A stretch of 64,000 bases of DNA, from positions 30,141 through 94,140 of the forward strand of contig JAHWGJ010000003.1 in the NCBI GenBank assembly GCA_020054475.1, given 5' to 3'. Below, in pieces: positions 56,687 through 64,000 of the stretch (positions within the stretch are counted from its first letter, which is position 1; the number at the start of each line of letters is the position of its first letter). Below the pieces are notes generated by a model. It did no database searches, was not told the origin of the DNA, and was given only the letters and a program-made list of their open reading frames with translations. The stretch comes from Thermoplasmata archaeon. Its GTDB lineage: Archaea; Thermoplasmatota; E2; DHVEG-1. The position numbers and the translations under genes were made by a program.

Positions 56687-57271
56687 TTAATTAAAGAGAG
56701 AGTATACATCAATTGTTTCACAATCATACTTTCGACTTGTAACTATCTGACTTTTCAATTCACTTTTTTTTAAATAATCATTTAATTTAGTCCTATTTGA
56801 AAGTGAACTAAATACAAAGTATGCTCGACCTTTTTTTCTAAGATATCTATTTACTTCAATAATGAATCTTATAATAAATTTTAAACCATCAATTCCACCA
56901 TTCGTTGCAATATCTATCCAATCATGTTTTTCAATAATATCCTTTTTATCTATTGGTAAATAAGGTGGATTAAAGATAATTACATCAAATTTTTCATTCT
57001 TCTTTAAAACAGAAAAAAGATCCCCTAATCTAACATCTATTGATCCTTTCAAATTTGATTTATTTACATTAAAATTTTCTTTTACAAGATCAACTGCATA
57101 AGGATTAATATCACTACAAATCACATTTGCCCCTAATCTTGCACATTCTAAAGCAATTAATCCACATCCTGTTCCAATTTCAAAAACATTTTCTTTATTA
57201 TTAACTCTAATTGATTCTATTAACTGAAATGAATCCTCTGCAGGATCATAGACTTCATTATGAAGTTTTAT
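56687..57271 (-). CDS. HemK/PrmC-like SAM-dependent methyltransferase (N5-glutamine MTase family); start codon unresolved
   Basis: NPPY motif (IIFNPPYLP). SAM motif I (EIGTGCGLIALECARLG) and the family N-terminus (VYDPAEDSF) lie in frame upstream of the track's GTG start at 57124. No ATG, GTG or TTG occurs in frame between 57125 and the stop at 57329. The ATA at 57271 would give MKLHNEVYDPAEDSF. Confidence 0.7.
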   Translation of the reverse strand: MKLHNEVYDPAEDSFQLIESIRVNNKENVFEIGTGCGLIALECARLGANVICSDINPYAVDLVKENFNVNKSNLKGSIDVRLGDLFSVLKKNEKFDVIIFNPPYLPIDKKDIIEKHDWIDIATNGGIDGLKFIIRFIIEVNRYLRKKGRAYFVFSSLSNRTKLNDYLKKSELKSQIVTSRKYDCETIDVYSLFN

Positions 57272-57373
57272 TTTGATATCATTGAAAGAAAAGAACTTTC
57301 GATTAATGAATAAATCACCTAATTTAAATTATTGATTAATGAGTAAAGATTAAGAAGAAAAATATTTAATAAT

Positions 57374-57577
57374 TTATCTCTCAATTTCAAATGCGATATT
57401 TAATTCTGCTCTATATTGAACTACTTCATCATCAACAATTTTCATATCAAATTTTCTTACTTCCGCTCTTCGAATATTTTTAACAGTCTTCGCTACTTCA
57501 ATTACACCATTTTTTGATGCGTCACTAAAAGATTTTGTAGATGTTCCAACTATATCTATTATCTTGTATATTCCCAT
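57374..57577 (-). CDS. Dodecin (flavin-storage protein)
   Basis: 67 aa with YKIIDIVGTSTKSFSDA...AELNIAFEI, the dodecin family pattern. Confidence 0.8.
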   Translation of the reverse strand: MGIYKIIDIVGTSTKSFSDASKNGVIEVAKTVKNIRRAEVRKFDMKIVDDEVVQYRAELNIAFEIER

Positions 57578-57685
57578 TTTTTAAAACACCTCTATATGTT
57601 AAATGTAATTTATCATACTTATTTTTTATTATTATAAATTTATTATTACAAAAAATTCTAAAATGTAATTGCATTCTCTATTTAT

Positions 57686-58315
57686 ATGATTCAAGAATTT
57701 CTATCAGTTTTTATTCCATTAATAATAATCGTGAATCCTTCATCAACATTAGCACTATTTTCTGCTATAACCCACAAATACTCTAAAAAAGAAAGAAAAA
57801 TTACAGCAAAAAATGCAGTTTTTTATGCATCAATATTATTAATTATTTTTGCATTTGCAGGAGCTAGTATACTTGATTATCTAAATATTGAAATTTATTC
57901 ACTCAGAATCGCGGGTGGAATTTTACTATCTTTTGTAGGTCTTGACATGGTAAGACGAGGAGAACAATTTGGTGAAAGTCAACCTGGAAAAGAACAAAAA
58001 GTAGATTATGCTCTTGTGCCTCTTGCAATGCCCTCACTTTCAGGACCAGGCGCAATAACTATAACAATTGTAAGCATGAAATCCCTTACAATAAATATTC
58101 CTTGGTTTTATGCAATAATAATTGCTATTATATCAATTTTAATTACTATGATAATAACCTATTTAATTTTCATGAGTTCTGGATTAATAATAAAAATCCT
58201 AGGTAAAAAAGGAATGGATGCTTTTACAAGGGTTATGGGATTATTAACAGTTGCAATTGCAGTTCAATTTGCACTTACCGGAATTGCTGATTGGGTCACT
58301 AGTATTAACATATAG
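57686..58315 (+). CDS. MarC-family (UPF0056) integral membrane protein
   Basis: 209 aa, 6 TM, with NP...ALF and LSGPGAIT motifs. Confidence 0.8.
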   Translation: MIQEFLSVFIPLIIIVNPSSTLALFSAITHKYSKKERKITAKNAVFYASILLIIFAFAGASILDYLNIEIYSLRIAGGILLSFVGLDMVRRGEQFGESQPGKEQKVDYALVPLAMPSLSGPGAITITIVSMKSLTINIPWFYAIIIAIISILITMIITYLIFMSSGLIIKILGKKGMDAFTRVMGLLTVAIAVQFALTGIADWVTSINI

Positions 58316-58343
58316 TAAAAAATATATCTTATTTGAGTTTTTT

Positions 58344-59135
58344 TTAAATTATTGATTTATTATATCCCCCATCAACCTGAGTAATATTACCAGTTATATA
58401 ACTCGCTTTTTCTGAAGCATAAAACAACACTAAATTAGCAATTTCATCTGGATTAGCAAGTCTACCAATTGGAATCTTTTCTTCCCATTGTCGTATGATC
58501 TCTTTATATTTATTTCCTGATTTTAATGCAATTGCTTTAGCTAATTCAATAACTCTATCCGTTAATGTATATCCTGGACAAACAGCATTCACAGTTATAC
58601 CATATTCTGCAAGTTCATTTGAAAGAGTTTTAGTAAATCCATGAATACCCGATCTTAATGAATTTGATAAAATCAGGTTATCTATTGGTTGTTTAGCTGC
58701 AATTGAAGTCATATTAATTATTCTACCCCAACCTTGTTGTTTCATTATTGGTATTACCTCATAACTACAATTTATTGTACTCATTAAAAGTTGATTAATA
58801 GCATTTTGCCAATGTTTTTCAGTAGTATCAATAAATTTAATTGGAGGAGGACCTCCTGTGTTATTAACTAAAATATCAATTTTACCAAATTTTTTTATTG
58901 TTTTATTAACCATTTTTTTAATATCATCACGTTTTTCAAGATTAGTTTGAATTGGAAAGACTATTGACCCGGTTTTTTCTTCAATTTTTTCTGCAACAAT
59001 TTTTAAATTATTTATATCCCTTGAACAAATAGTAACATAAGCATTCTCTTCTGAAAAAATTGTTGCTATAGCTTTCCCAATTCCTTTACTAGCCCCCGTT
59101 ATTAATGCAACTTTATTTTTTAAACCTAAATCCAT
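58344..59135 (-). CDS. SDR-family oxidoreductase (FabG/BKR-like, atypical active site)
   Basis: TGASKGIGKAIA, NNTGG and VNAVCPG motifs. By manual alignment the canonical YxxxK position reads S-N-S-L-R (ILSNSLRSG). The BKR-like SDR subgroup is known for this imperfect tetrad. Confidence 0.8.
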   Translation of the reverse strand: MDLGLKNKVALITGASKGIGKAIATIFSEENAYVTICSRDINNLKIVAEKIEEKTGSIVFPIQTNLEKRDDIKKMVNKTIKKFGKIDILVNNTGGPPPIKFIDTTEKHWQNAINQLLMSTINCSYEVIPIMKQQGWGRIINMTSIAAKQPIDNLILSNSLRSGIHGFTKTLSNELAEYGITVNAVCPGYTLTDRVIELAKAIALKSGNKYKEIIRQWEEKIPIGRLANPDEIANLVLFYASEKASYITGNITQVDGGYNKSII

Positions 59136-59206
59136 CTTTAATTCTCCAAATAAAAAATTTATATTAAATTAGATTTTTTATTTAAATAGTTTTTATTTAA
59201 TTGATA

Positions 59207-59398
59207 TTATTTTGATGGATTTTTCATTTTTTTCATTAATGATTTGAAAAGATGTATACCCAAAATAAATGAAAAGATCCCATCAAATAATGCAATATAT
59301 AACAGATTTATTTTAATTAAATATGCCTCTAGAAATACGAGGAGAATAAAGAGAAATAGTACTATTACCTCTTTAAAAAGTAATTTAAATCCAATCAT
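59207..59398 (-). CDS. Small 2-TM membrane protein, hypothetical
   Basis: 63 aa and hydrophobic. An overlapping plus-strand ORF (59244..59429) looks less protein-like. Confidence 0.3.
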   Translation of the reverse strand: MIGFKLLFKEVIVLFLFILLVFLEAYLIKINLLYIALFDGIFSFILGIHLFKSLMKKMKNPSK

Positions 59399-59977
59399 TA
59401 ACTACAATATTAATTATATTATATTATAGTTTATTAATTAAATATTAATTTTTTTTTATTAATGATTTGAAACATGGGAAAAATTCTTCAAGTTTTTCCA
59501 ATTTAGATATAATTAAACCTAAATCATTTTTTTCCATACAGTATAGATCCTCCATTTAAGTTGAATATAATATTATTTATTATTTTTCCACCTGCTTAAT
59601 ATAATATATTTGTAAAAACTAATATTTATAATTATTTATAATTTAAATTTTTAATTATATTAATTATCGGCAATAAATTATAATATAATGATAAATATAA
59701 TAAAGGTTTAATTCTATTTTGTGGAATTCGAATCTTTAAAAAATGGGGGAGCCAAGATTATGGAGAAATGGAAAAAAATTGGTACTTATTTTGATATGAC
59801 TGTTGAAGAAAAAGGAAAAAATAGAAGACTCATAGATTGTACTGGTAAAATTATTACAGAATTTAACTTTGATTGAAAAATAAATATTCTCCAAACAAGT
59901 TTTTTTTAATGATAATATATTTTATTTTCATACCAAAAAATTATTATTTAAGGTATTTATTGAAAATAATGGTGTGA

Positions 59978-60265
59978 ATGGCTAAATTAATTTGGAATAG
60001 ATGTCCAAAACATAGAATGGATATGATAAGAGAGCATGATGCAGAATTACGGCCTTTTTATTATTGTCCAATATGTGGTTTCTACAGGTATTATGAAGGA
60101 AATGAGGGATATGATAATAGTTTAATATCAAAAGAAAAAAACGAATTCAATTCATTTATAAAAATAAATGGAAATGGCCCACTATGCCCTCAGTGTAAGG
60201 GCAATTATTTAGCTCCCTTCGAACAGGATGGATGGTATTGTTCCAGATGTAAATATAGAAGTTAA
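59978..60265 (+). CDS. Double zinc-ribbon protein, hypothetical
   Basis: Two zinc-ligand pairs: CPKH...CPIC and CPQC...CSRC, in 95 aa. Confidence 0.5.
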   Translation: MAKLIWNRCPKHRMDMIREHDAELRPFYYCPICGFYRYYEGNEGYDNSLISKEKNEFNSFIKINGNGPLCPQCKGNYLAPFEQDGWYCSRCKYRS

Positions 60266-60498
60266 TAAACAAACGTATGAGATAAACCTCATTTTTCATA
60301 TCTATATTTAATTAACATAAAGAATTATCAAAATTAATTGAAATAAATCAAAATGATGTTTGCAAATTTCTAATAAAAAAAAATAATCATATTATAGAAT
60401 TTAATTATAAAGAAAAAATTCAAAACATTCTAATTTTAAAAAATAGAATTATAAATGATTAATTCATCCTAGTAAGTAGATTAGGGAGAAAAGATATT

Positions 60499-60738
60499 TT
60501 GAAAAAGGATTCTATAATAATTCTATTTTTATCATTACTGATAATATGTTATCTAAGAAAGAAACCTAAAGAGAAATTTAGAAAAACAATAGAGTTAATC
60601 GATGAGAAAACAAATGAAACAATTAGAATAATTCGTTTTAAAAATCCAAAAGATTTTGATTCATTTTTAGAAGATTTCAGATTAATGAGATACCCTGGTT
60701 ATAGTTGGAGATATGGAGATAAAACTAAAAAACAGTGA
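60499..60738 (+). CDS. Hypothetical protein with an N-terminal TM anchor
   Basis: 79 aa. Starts at a TTG preceded by GGGAGA. Confidence 0.35.
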   Translation: MKKDSIIILFLSLLIICYLRKKPKEKFRKTIELIDEKTNETIRIIRFKNPKDFDSFLEDFRLMRYPGYSWRYGDKTKKQ

Positions 60739-60756
60739 TTTAATGGAGATTTTTCT

Positions 60757-61422
60757 ATGAAAATTGGGGAATTTACAGAAAAACAGGTACTTGATCTGGC
60801 AGAAGAAGCATATGAAAAAGGAGATGTAGAATTTGAGATCATTCCAGATAAATGTGCTTTAATTGTCATTGATATGCAAAATGAGTTTGTAAAACCACTT
60901 TGGACGCCTTATTGGGTTCCAGAAGCAACAAGACAAGTTCCCCGAATTAAAAAATTAATAAATCACTCTCGAGAAAAAAATATACCTGTTATATATACTG
61001 TTTATTCCAAAACTCATAATTTTCTTGATCGCCCAAAAACACTACCGCTAATGCCATGTAGATTCCCAGACATTGATATCGATCTATCATCCTTTTTTAT
61101 TAAAGGTGAAGTATGGCATGAAATTAAACCAATAAATAATGAAATCATAATTCATAAACCATCATATGGTGCATTTTATGATACCCCTTTAGAAACCATA
61201 CTAAAAAATATGGGTAAGGATACTGTTATTATTTGTGGAACATTAACTAATTATTGCTGCTCCACAACAGCTCGACAAGCATTTGAAAGAAGTTTTAAGG
61301 TAATTTTTGGAGGAGATGTAACCTCATCACATTTTATAGATCTACATGAAGCAGAATTAAAAATTTTAAGAAGGGGTTTTGCTAAGATTTTATCTTTTGA
61401 AGAGATTATTAATAAATTATGA
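60757..61422 (+). CDS. Isochorismatase-family cysteine hydrolase
   Basis: ALIVIDMQNEF (catalytic Asp), a K in the middle region, and TLTNYCCSTTARQA (catalytic Cys). Confidence 0.85.
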   Translation: MKIGEFTEKQVLDLAEEAYEKGDVEFEIIPDKCALIVIDMQNEFVKPLWTPYWVPEATRQVPRIKKLINHSREKNIPVIYTVYSKTHNFLDRPKTLPLMPCRFPDIDIDLSSFFIKGEVWHEIKPINNEIIIHKPSYGAFYDTPLETILKNMGKDTVIICGTLTNYCCSTTARQAFERSFKVIFGGDVTSSHFIDLHEAELKILRRGFAKILSFEEIINKL

Positions 61423-61479
61423 TTTAGGATAATAACTTGATTTCGTAAATAAAAAAAAATATCAATGTGAGGCTAAAAA

Positions 61480-61563
61480 ATGATTTGTTTAAAATGTGGT
61501 AGTGATACCTTTATTAAAATTGATGAAGGTTTAAAATGTGAAAATTGCGGATATGTTATTTAA
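61480..61563 (+). CDS. 27-aa zinc-ribbon mini-ORF (speculative)
   Basis: My own translation gives MICLKCGSDTFIKIDEGLKCENCGYVI (CxxC-x14-CxxC). GTGAGG lies 8 nt upstream. It falls below the ORF-track cutoff. Confidence 0.3.
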   Translation: MICLKCGSDTFIKIDEGLKCENCGYVI

Positions 61564-61594
61564 AAAAGAATAATTCAGAGTAAGTATATGTCGA

Positions 61595-61846
61595 ATGAAA
61601 GAAAAATTAATATTTTTGGCCCCTGTTCCGTCAAGACGATTAGGACAAAGTTTAGGCATCAATAATATTCCGCCAAAAAACTGTACATATTCTTGTATAT
61701 ATTGTCAAATTGGAAGAACATATAATACTACATTTCGAAGAAAGTCATTCTACAAACCAGAAGAAATAAAGGATGTTGTTGAAAAAAAAATAATATGTTT
61801 AAATAGTAATTTAAAAACTTATCAGAAGCGCTCAGACGATTTCTGA
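61595..61846 (+). pseudogene. Radical SAM enzyme remnant (N-terminal about 65 aa only)
   Basis: GQSLGINNIPPKNCTYSCIYCQIG carries the CxxxCxxC cluster motif. The ORF stops after 83 aa with a non-homologous tail, and no continuation exists in any frame before 62007. Confidence 0.6.
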
Positions 61847-62006
61847 TTAAATAGAATATTTATTAATAAAAAAAGAAAGATAGTTTTAATGATTTATATC
61901 TTTTAACATATGTTAAGCATAGATTTATTATATGAATTTTTGTTATCGGAATTTAGATTAGTTTCAATATTTACTAAATAATTTTTGAAATTTTAAGTGA
62001 TAATGA

Positions 62007-63650
62007 ATGATAAAAAAAACTATTGGTGAAATTTTAGAAGAAACTGTAACTTTATTTCCCGATAATGATGCTTTAGTATATAAAAATCGTAATTTAAAAT
62101 TATCTTATTTTGAATTTAATGAATATTGTAATAATTTAGCGAAGAGTTTAATGGATTTTGGAGTTAAACGTGGAGATCATATAGCTGTATGGGCTAACAA
62201 CATTCCAGAATGGATCTTTTTACAATTTGCATCTGCTAAAATTGGAGCTGTGCTTGTTACTGTTAATACTTATTATAAATCTTTTGAATTTGAGTATTTA
62301 CTTAAACAATCCGATGCTAAAATGCTTTTTCTTACAAATGGATTTAAGGATGTAAATTATATTAAAATGGTAAATAAAATTATTCCAAAATTAAATGATT
62401 TTATAAATTGTTATATTAACTCGGATAAATTTCCTTTTTTAAGAAATATTGTGTTTTTAGGTGATGAAAAACATGATGGTATGATTAATTTTCAAGATCT
62501 TTTATCATTAGGAAAAAATGTCTCTGATGAAGAATTTGAAAAAAGAACAACATCTTTACATTATAATGACACAATTAATATACAATATACATCAGGTACT
62601 ACTGGATTTCCGAAAGGGGTAATGCTTAGTCATTATAATATTATAAATAATGCTTATTTTGTTGGAAAAACAATGGGGTTGACATATCTTGATAAGATGT
62701 GTATACCTGTACCATTTTTTCATTGTTTTGGGTGTGTTTTATCAACTCTTAATTGCGTTATTCATGGGTCTACTATGGTACCGATAGAAGTTTTCGATGC
62801 TGAAAAAGTATTAATAACTGTTGAAAAAGAGAAATGTACAGTCTTACAGGGAGTTCCTACAATGTTTATCTCTGAGTTAAACCATCCTAATTTTAATAAG
62901 TATAATCTAAAATCTTTAAGAACTGGTATAATGGCAGGGTCCTCCTGTCCAATTGAGGTAATGGTCAATACTATGAGTAAAATGAATTTAAAGGAGATAA
63001 CTATATGTTATGGTCTTACAGAGACATCACCTGTTCTTACACAAACAAACCGTTATGATCCTATTGCAAAAAGAGTTGAAACTGTTGGTAAATCTCTTCC
63101 AAATATGGATATTAAAATTGTTGATCCAAAAACAGGTGTTGAATTGCCGTATGATACGCCTGGGGAATTGATTGCTAAAGGATATAGTATTATGATTGGT
63201 TATTATAAAATGCCAAATGAGACAAATGAGGTTATTAGAAATGGTTGGATTTATACTAAGGATTTAGCAAAAGTGGATGAGGCGGGTTATTTTACAATTC
63301 TTGGTAGAATTGATGATATGATTATCAGGGGAGGCGAGAATGTTTACCCACGTGAAATTGAGGAATTTCTTTTTACCAATGAAAAAATTGAGGATGTATC
63401 AATTGTAGGTGTTCCAAGTGAAAAATATGGTGAAGAAATTTGTGCTTTTATTAAACCAACAAAAGAGACTATATTAACAGAAGATGAAATTCATGATTAT
63501 TGTAAAGACGGTATTTCTCGTTTTAAAATACCTAAATATATTATATTTAAGGATTATTTTCCTATGACTGCAAGTGGAAAAATTAAGAAGATTGAATTAA
63601 GAAAAATTGCAAAAAAAGAATTTGAAGATAAAGAAAAACATTTAATATGA
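62007..63650 (+). CDS. AMP-dependent acyl-CoA synthetase/ligase (ANL superfamily)
   Basis: AMP-binding motif IQYTSGTTGFPKGV, plus YGLTETSP, TKDL and a C-terminal SGKIKK. Confidence 0.9.
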   Translation: MIKKTIGEILEETVTLFPDNDALVYKNRNLKLSYFEFNEYCNNLAKSLMDFGVKRGDHIAVWANNIPEWIFLQFASAKIGAVLVTVNTYYKSFEFEYLLKQSDAKMLFLTNGFKDVNYIKMVNKIIPKLNDFINCYINSDKFPFLRNIVFLGDEKHDGMINFQDLLSLGKNVSDEEFEKRTTSLHYNDTINIQYTSGTTGFPKGVMLSHYNIINNAYFVGKTMGLTYLDKMCIPVPFFHCFGCVLSTLNCVIHGSTMVPIEVFDAEKVLITVEKEKCTVLQGVPTMFISELNHPNFNKYNLKSLRTGIMAGSSCPIEVMVNTMSKMNLKEITICYGLTETSPVLTQTNRYDPIAKRVETVGKSLPNMDIKIVDPKTGVELPYDTPGELIAKGYSIMIGYYKMPNETNEVIRNGWIYTKDLAKVDEAGYFTILGRIDDMIIRGGENVYPREIEEFLFTNEKIEDVSIVGVPSEKYGEEICAFIKPTKETILTEDEIHDYCKDGISRFKIPKYIIFKDYFPMTASGKIKKIELRKIAKKEFEDKEKHLI

Positions 63651-63867
63651 TTTTTTAAAGAAAAAAGAAGGATTTATACTATATAACTAATAAATGATAA
63701 TATCGGAAGATATTATTAATAAAAAAATTTTTGCTATTCTAATTTTTTTAATATTTATTATATTAATATCTTTAAATCAACAACCTGTAGAAAAATTGAA
63801 TATAAAAAAGAAAATTATCATAGCCATAATTATGCAAAATTGGCGTTTTTTATGAAAAATATATTTG

Positions 63868-64000
63868 TTATTTAAGATTAATTACTCCTAATTTCTTCAA
63901 TTCAAAAAAACATTTAGCACATGCCTTAACATCATATAATGCATTATGTGCATTTTCAAAAGTTGTATTAAATAAAAAGTTATGAAGTTCTGGTAAATTA
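63868..64000 (-). CDS. DEDDh 3'-5' exonuclease (DnaQ/epsilon-like), C-terminal part; the gene runs off the window end
   Basis: Reverse translation gives ...LPELHNFLFNTTFENAHNALYDVKACAKCFFELKKLGVINLK*. HNALYD is the Exo III H-x4-D motif. Confidence 0.5.
   Translation of the reverse strand, partial: NLPELHNFLFNTTFENAHNALYDVKACAKCFFELKKLGVINLK

Noticed and set aside
59445-59876. Tiny ORFs in the 579-bp gap: minus-strand 59445..59537 (MEKNDLGLIISKLEKLEEFFPCFKSLIKKN, preceded by GGAGGAT) and plus-strand 59760..59876 (38 aa). Also a plus-strand 53-aa hydrophobic ORF at 63694..63855.
   Set aside because: They are too short and unconserved by eye to call, and they could arise by chance. I flag them only for Ribo-seq or proteomic follow-up.
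28073-62968. Other nested or antisense track ORFs (28073..28285, 28689..29012, 31417..31599, 34108..34290, 34895..35137, 35521..35926, 36490..36693, 37394..37606, 38181..38399, 38523..38965, 39187..39399, 41975..42217, 46520..46801, 48535..49042, 49359..49598, 50379..50576, 51658..51873, 54466..55030, 56216..56458, 57541..57786, 59244..59429, 62762..62968)
   Set aside because: Each overlaps a better-supported gene. None has a recognisable domain or a ribosome-binding context.
1-64000. CRISPR arrays, rRNA and tRNA genes
   Set aside because: I saw no series of regularly spaced direct repeats. The only conspicuously GC-rich non-coding block is the SRP RNA. No tRNA-like cloverleaf segments (GTTCGAATC-type T-arms) were noticed, though a covariance-model scan would be needed to exclude tRNAs formally.

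Overview
This is an AT-rich archaeal chromosomal segment (well under 35% GC by eye, not computed). Archaeal origin is supported by TBP, MCM, both subunits of family-D DNA polymerase, aEF-2, uS12/uS7, an archaeal-type SRP (7S) RNA, Trm1, an archaeosortase and a PAC2-type proteasome chaperone. I cannot place the lineage from sequence alone. PolD, a folate pathway, a cold-shock protein and an Mbh-type membrane module fit a euryarchaeote-like or Asgard-like anaerobe.

Layout:
- 1-3.8 kb: csp (partial), tbp, sirtuin and a secreted M28 peptidase.
- 3.9-11.9 kb: an accessory island bounded by a perfect 29-bp direct repeat. It carries a tyrosine recombinase, a truncated flavodoxin and secreted beta-propeller/PKD proteins that share an upstream palindromic motif.
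- 12-24 kb: core information-processing genes (S12-S7-EF2, MCM, SRP RNA, PolD DP2/DP1).
- 24-26.7 kb: small housekeeping genes (DUF424, Mut7-C, riboflavin reductase, ThyX).
- 26.9-32.4 kb: a 10-gene translationally coupled Mrp/Mbh-type membrane operon. It ends in a NuoH/MbhM-like subunit, and no NuoB/C/D/I-like catalytic genes are present.
- 32.5-34.7 kb: archaeosortase, archaetidylserine decarboxylase and archaetidylserine synthase.
- 34.8-40 kb: THEP1 NTPase, Trm1, and PurN-FolC-FolP folate genes.
- 43-54.1 kb: an 11-kb, roughly 19-gene oxidative/nitrosative-stress and Fe-S supercluster, headed by a Fur/PerR-family regulator with a Per-box-like palindrome.
- 54.3-64 kb: PurB, TyrRS, a methyltransferase, dodecin, MarC and an SDR, then a decayed AT-rich stretch with zinc-ribbon mini-proteins and a radical-SAM remnant, an acyl-CoA synthetase and a partial DEDDh exonuclease.

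I saw no CRISPR array, rRNA or tRNA. The two most novel-looking items are the integrase island with its cassette-like shared motif and the Mbh-type membrane arm that lacks a catalytic module.
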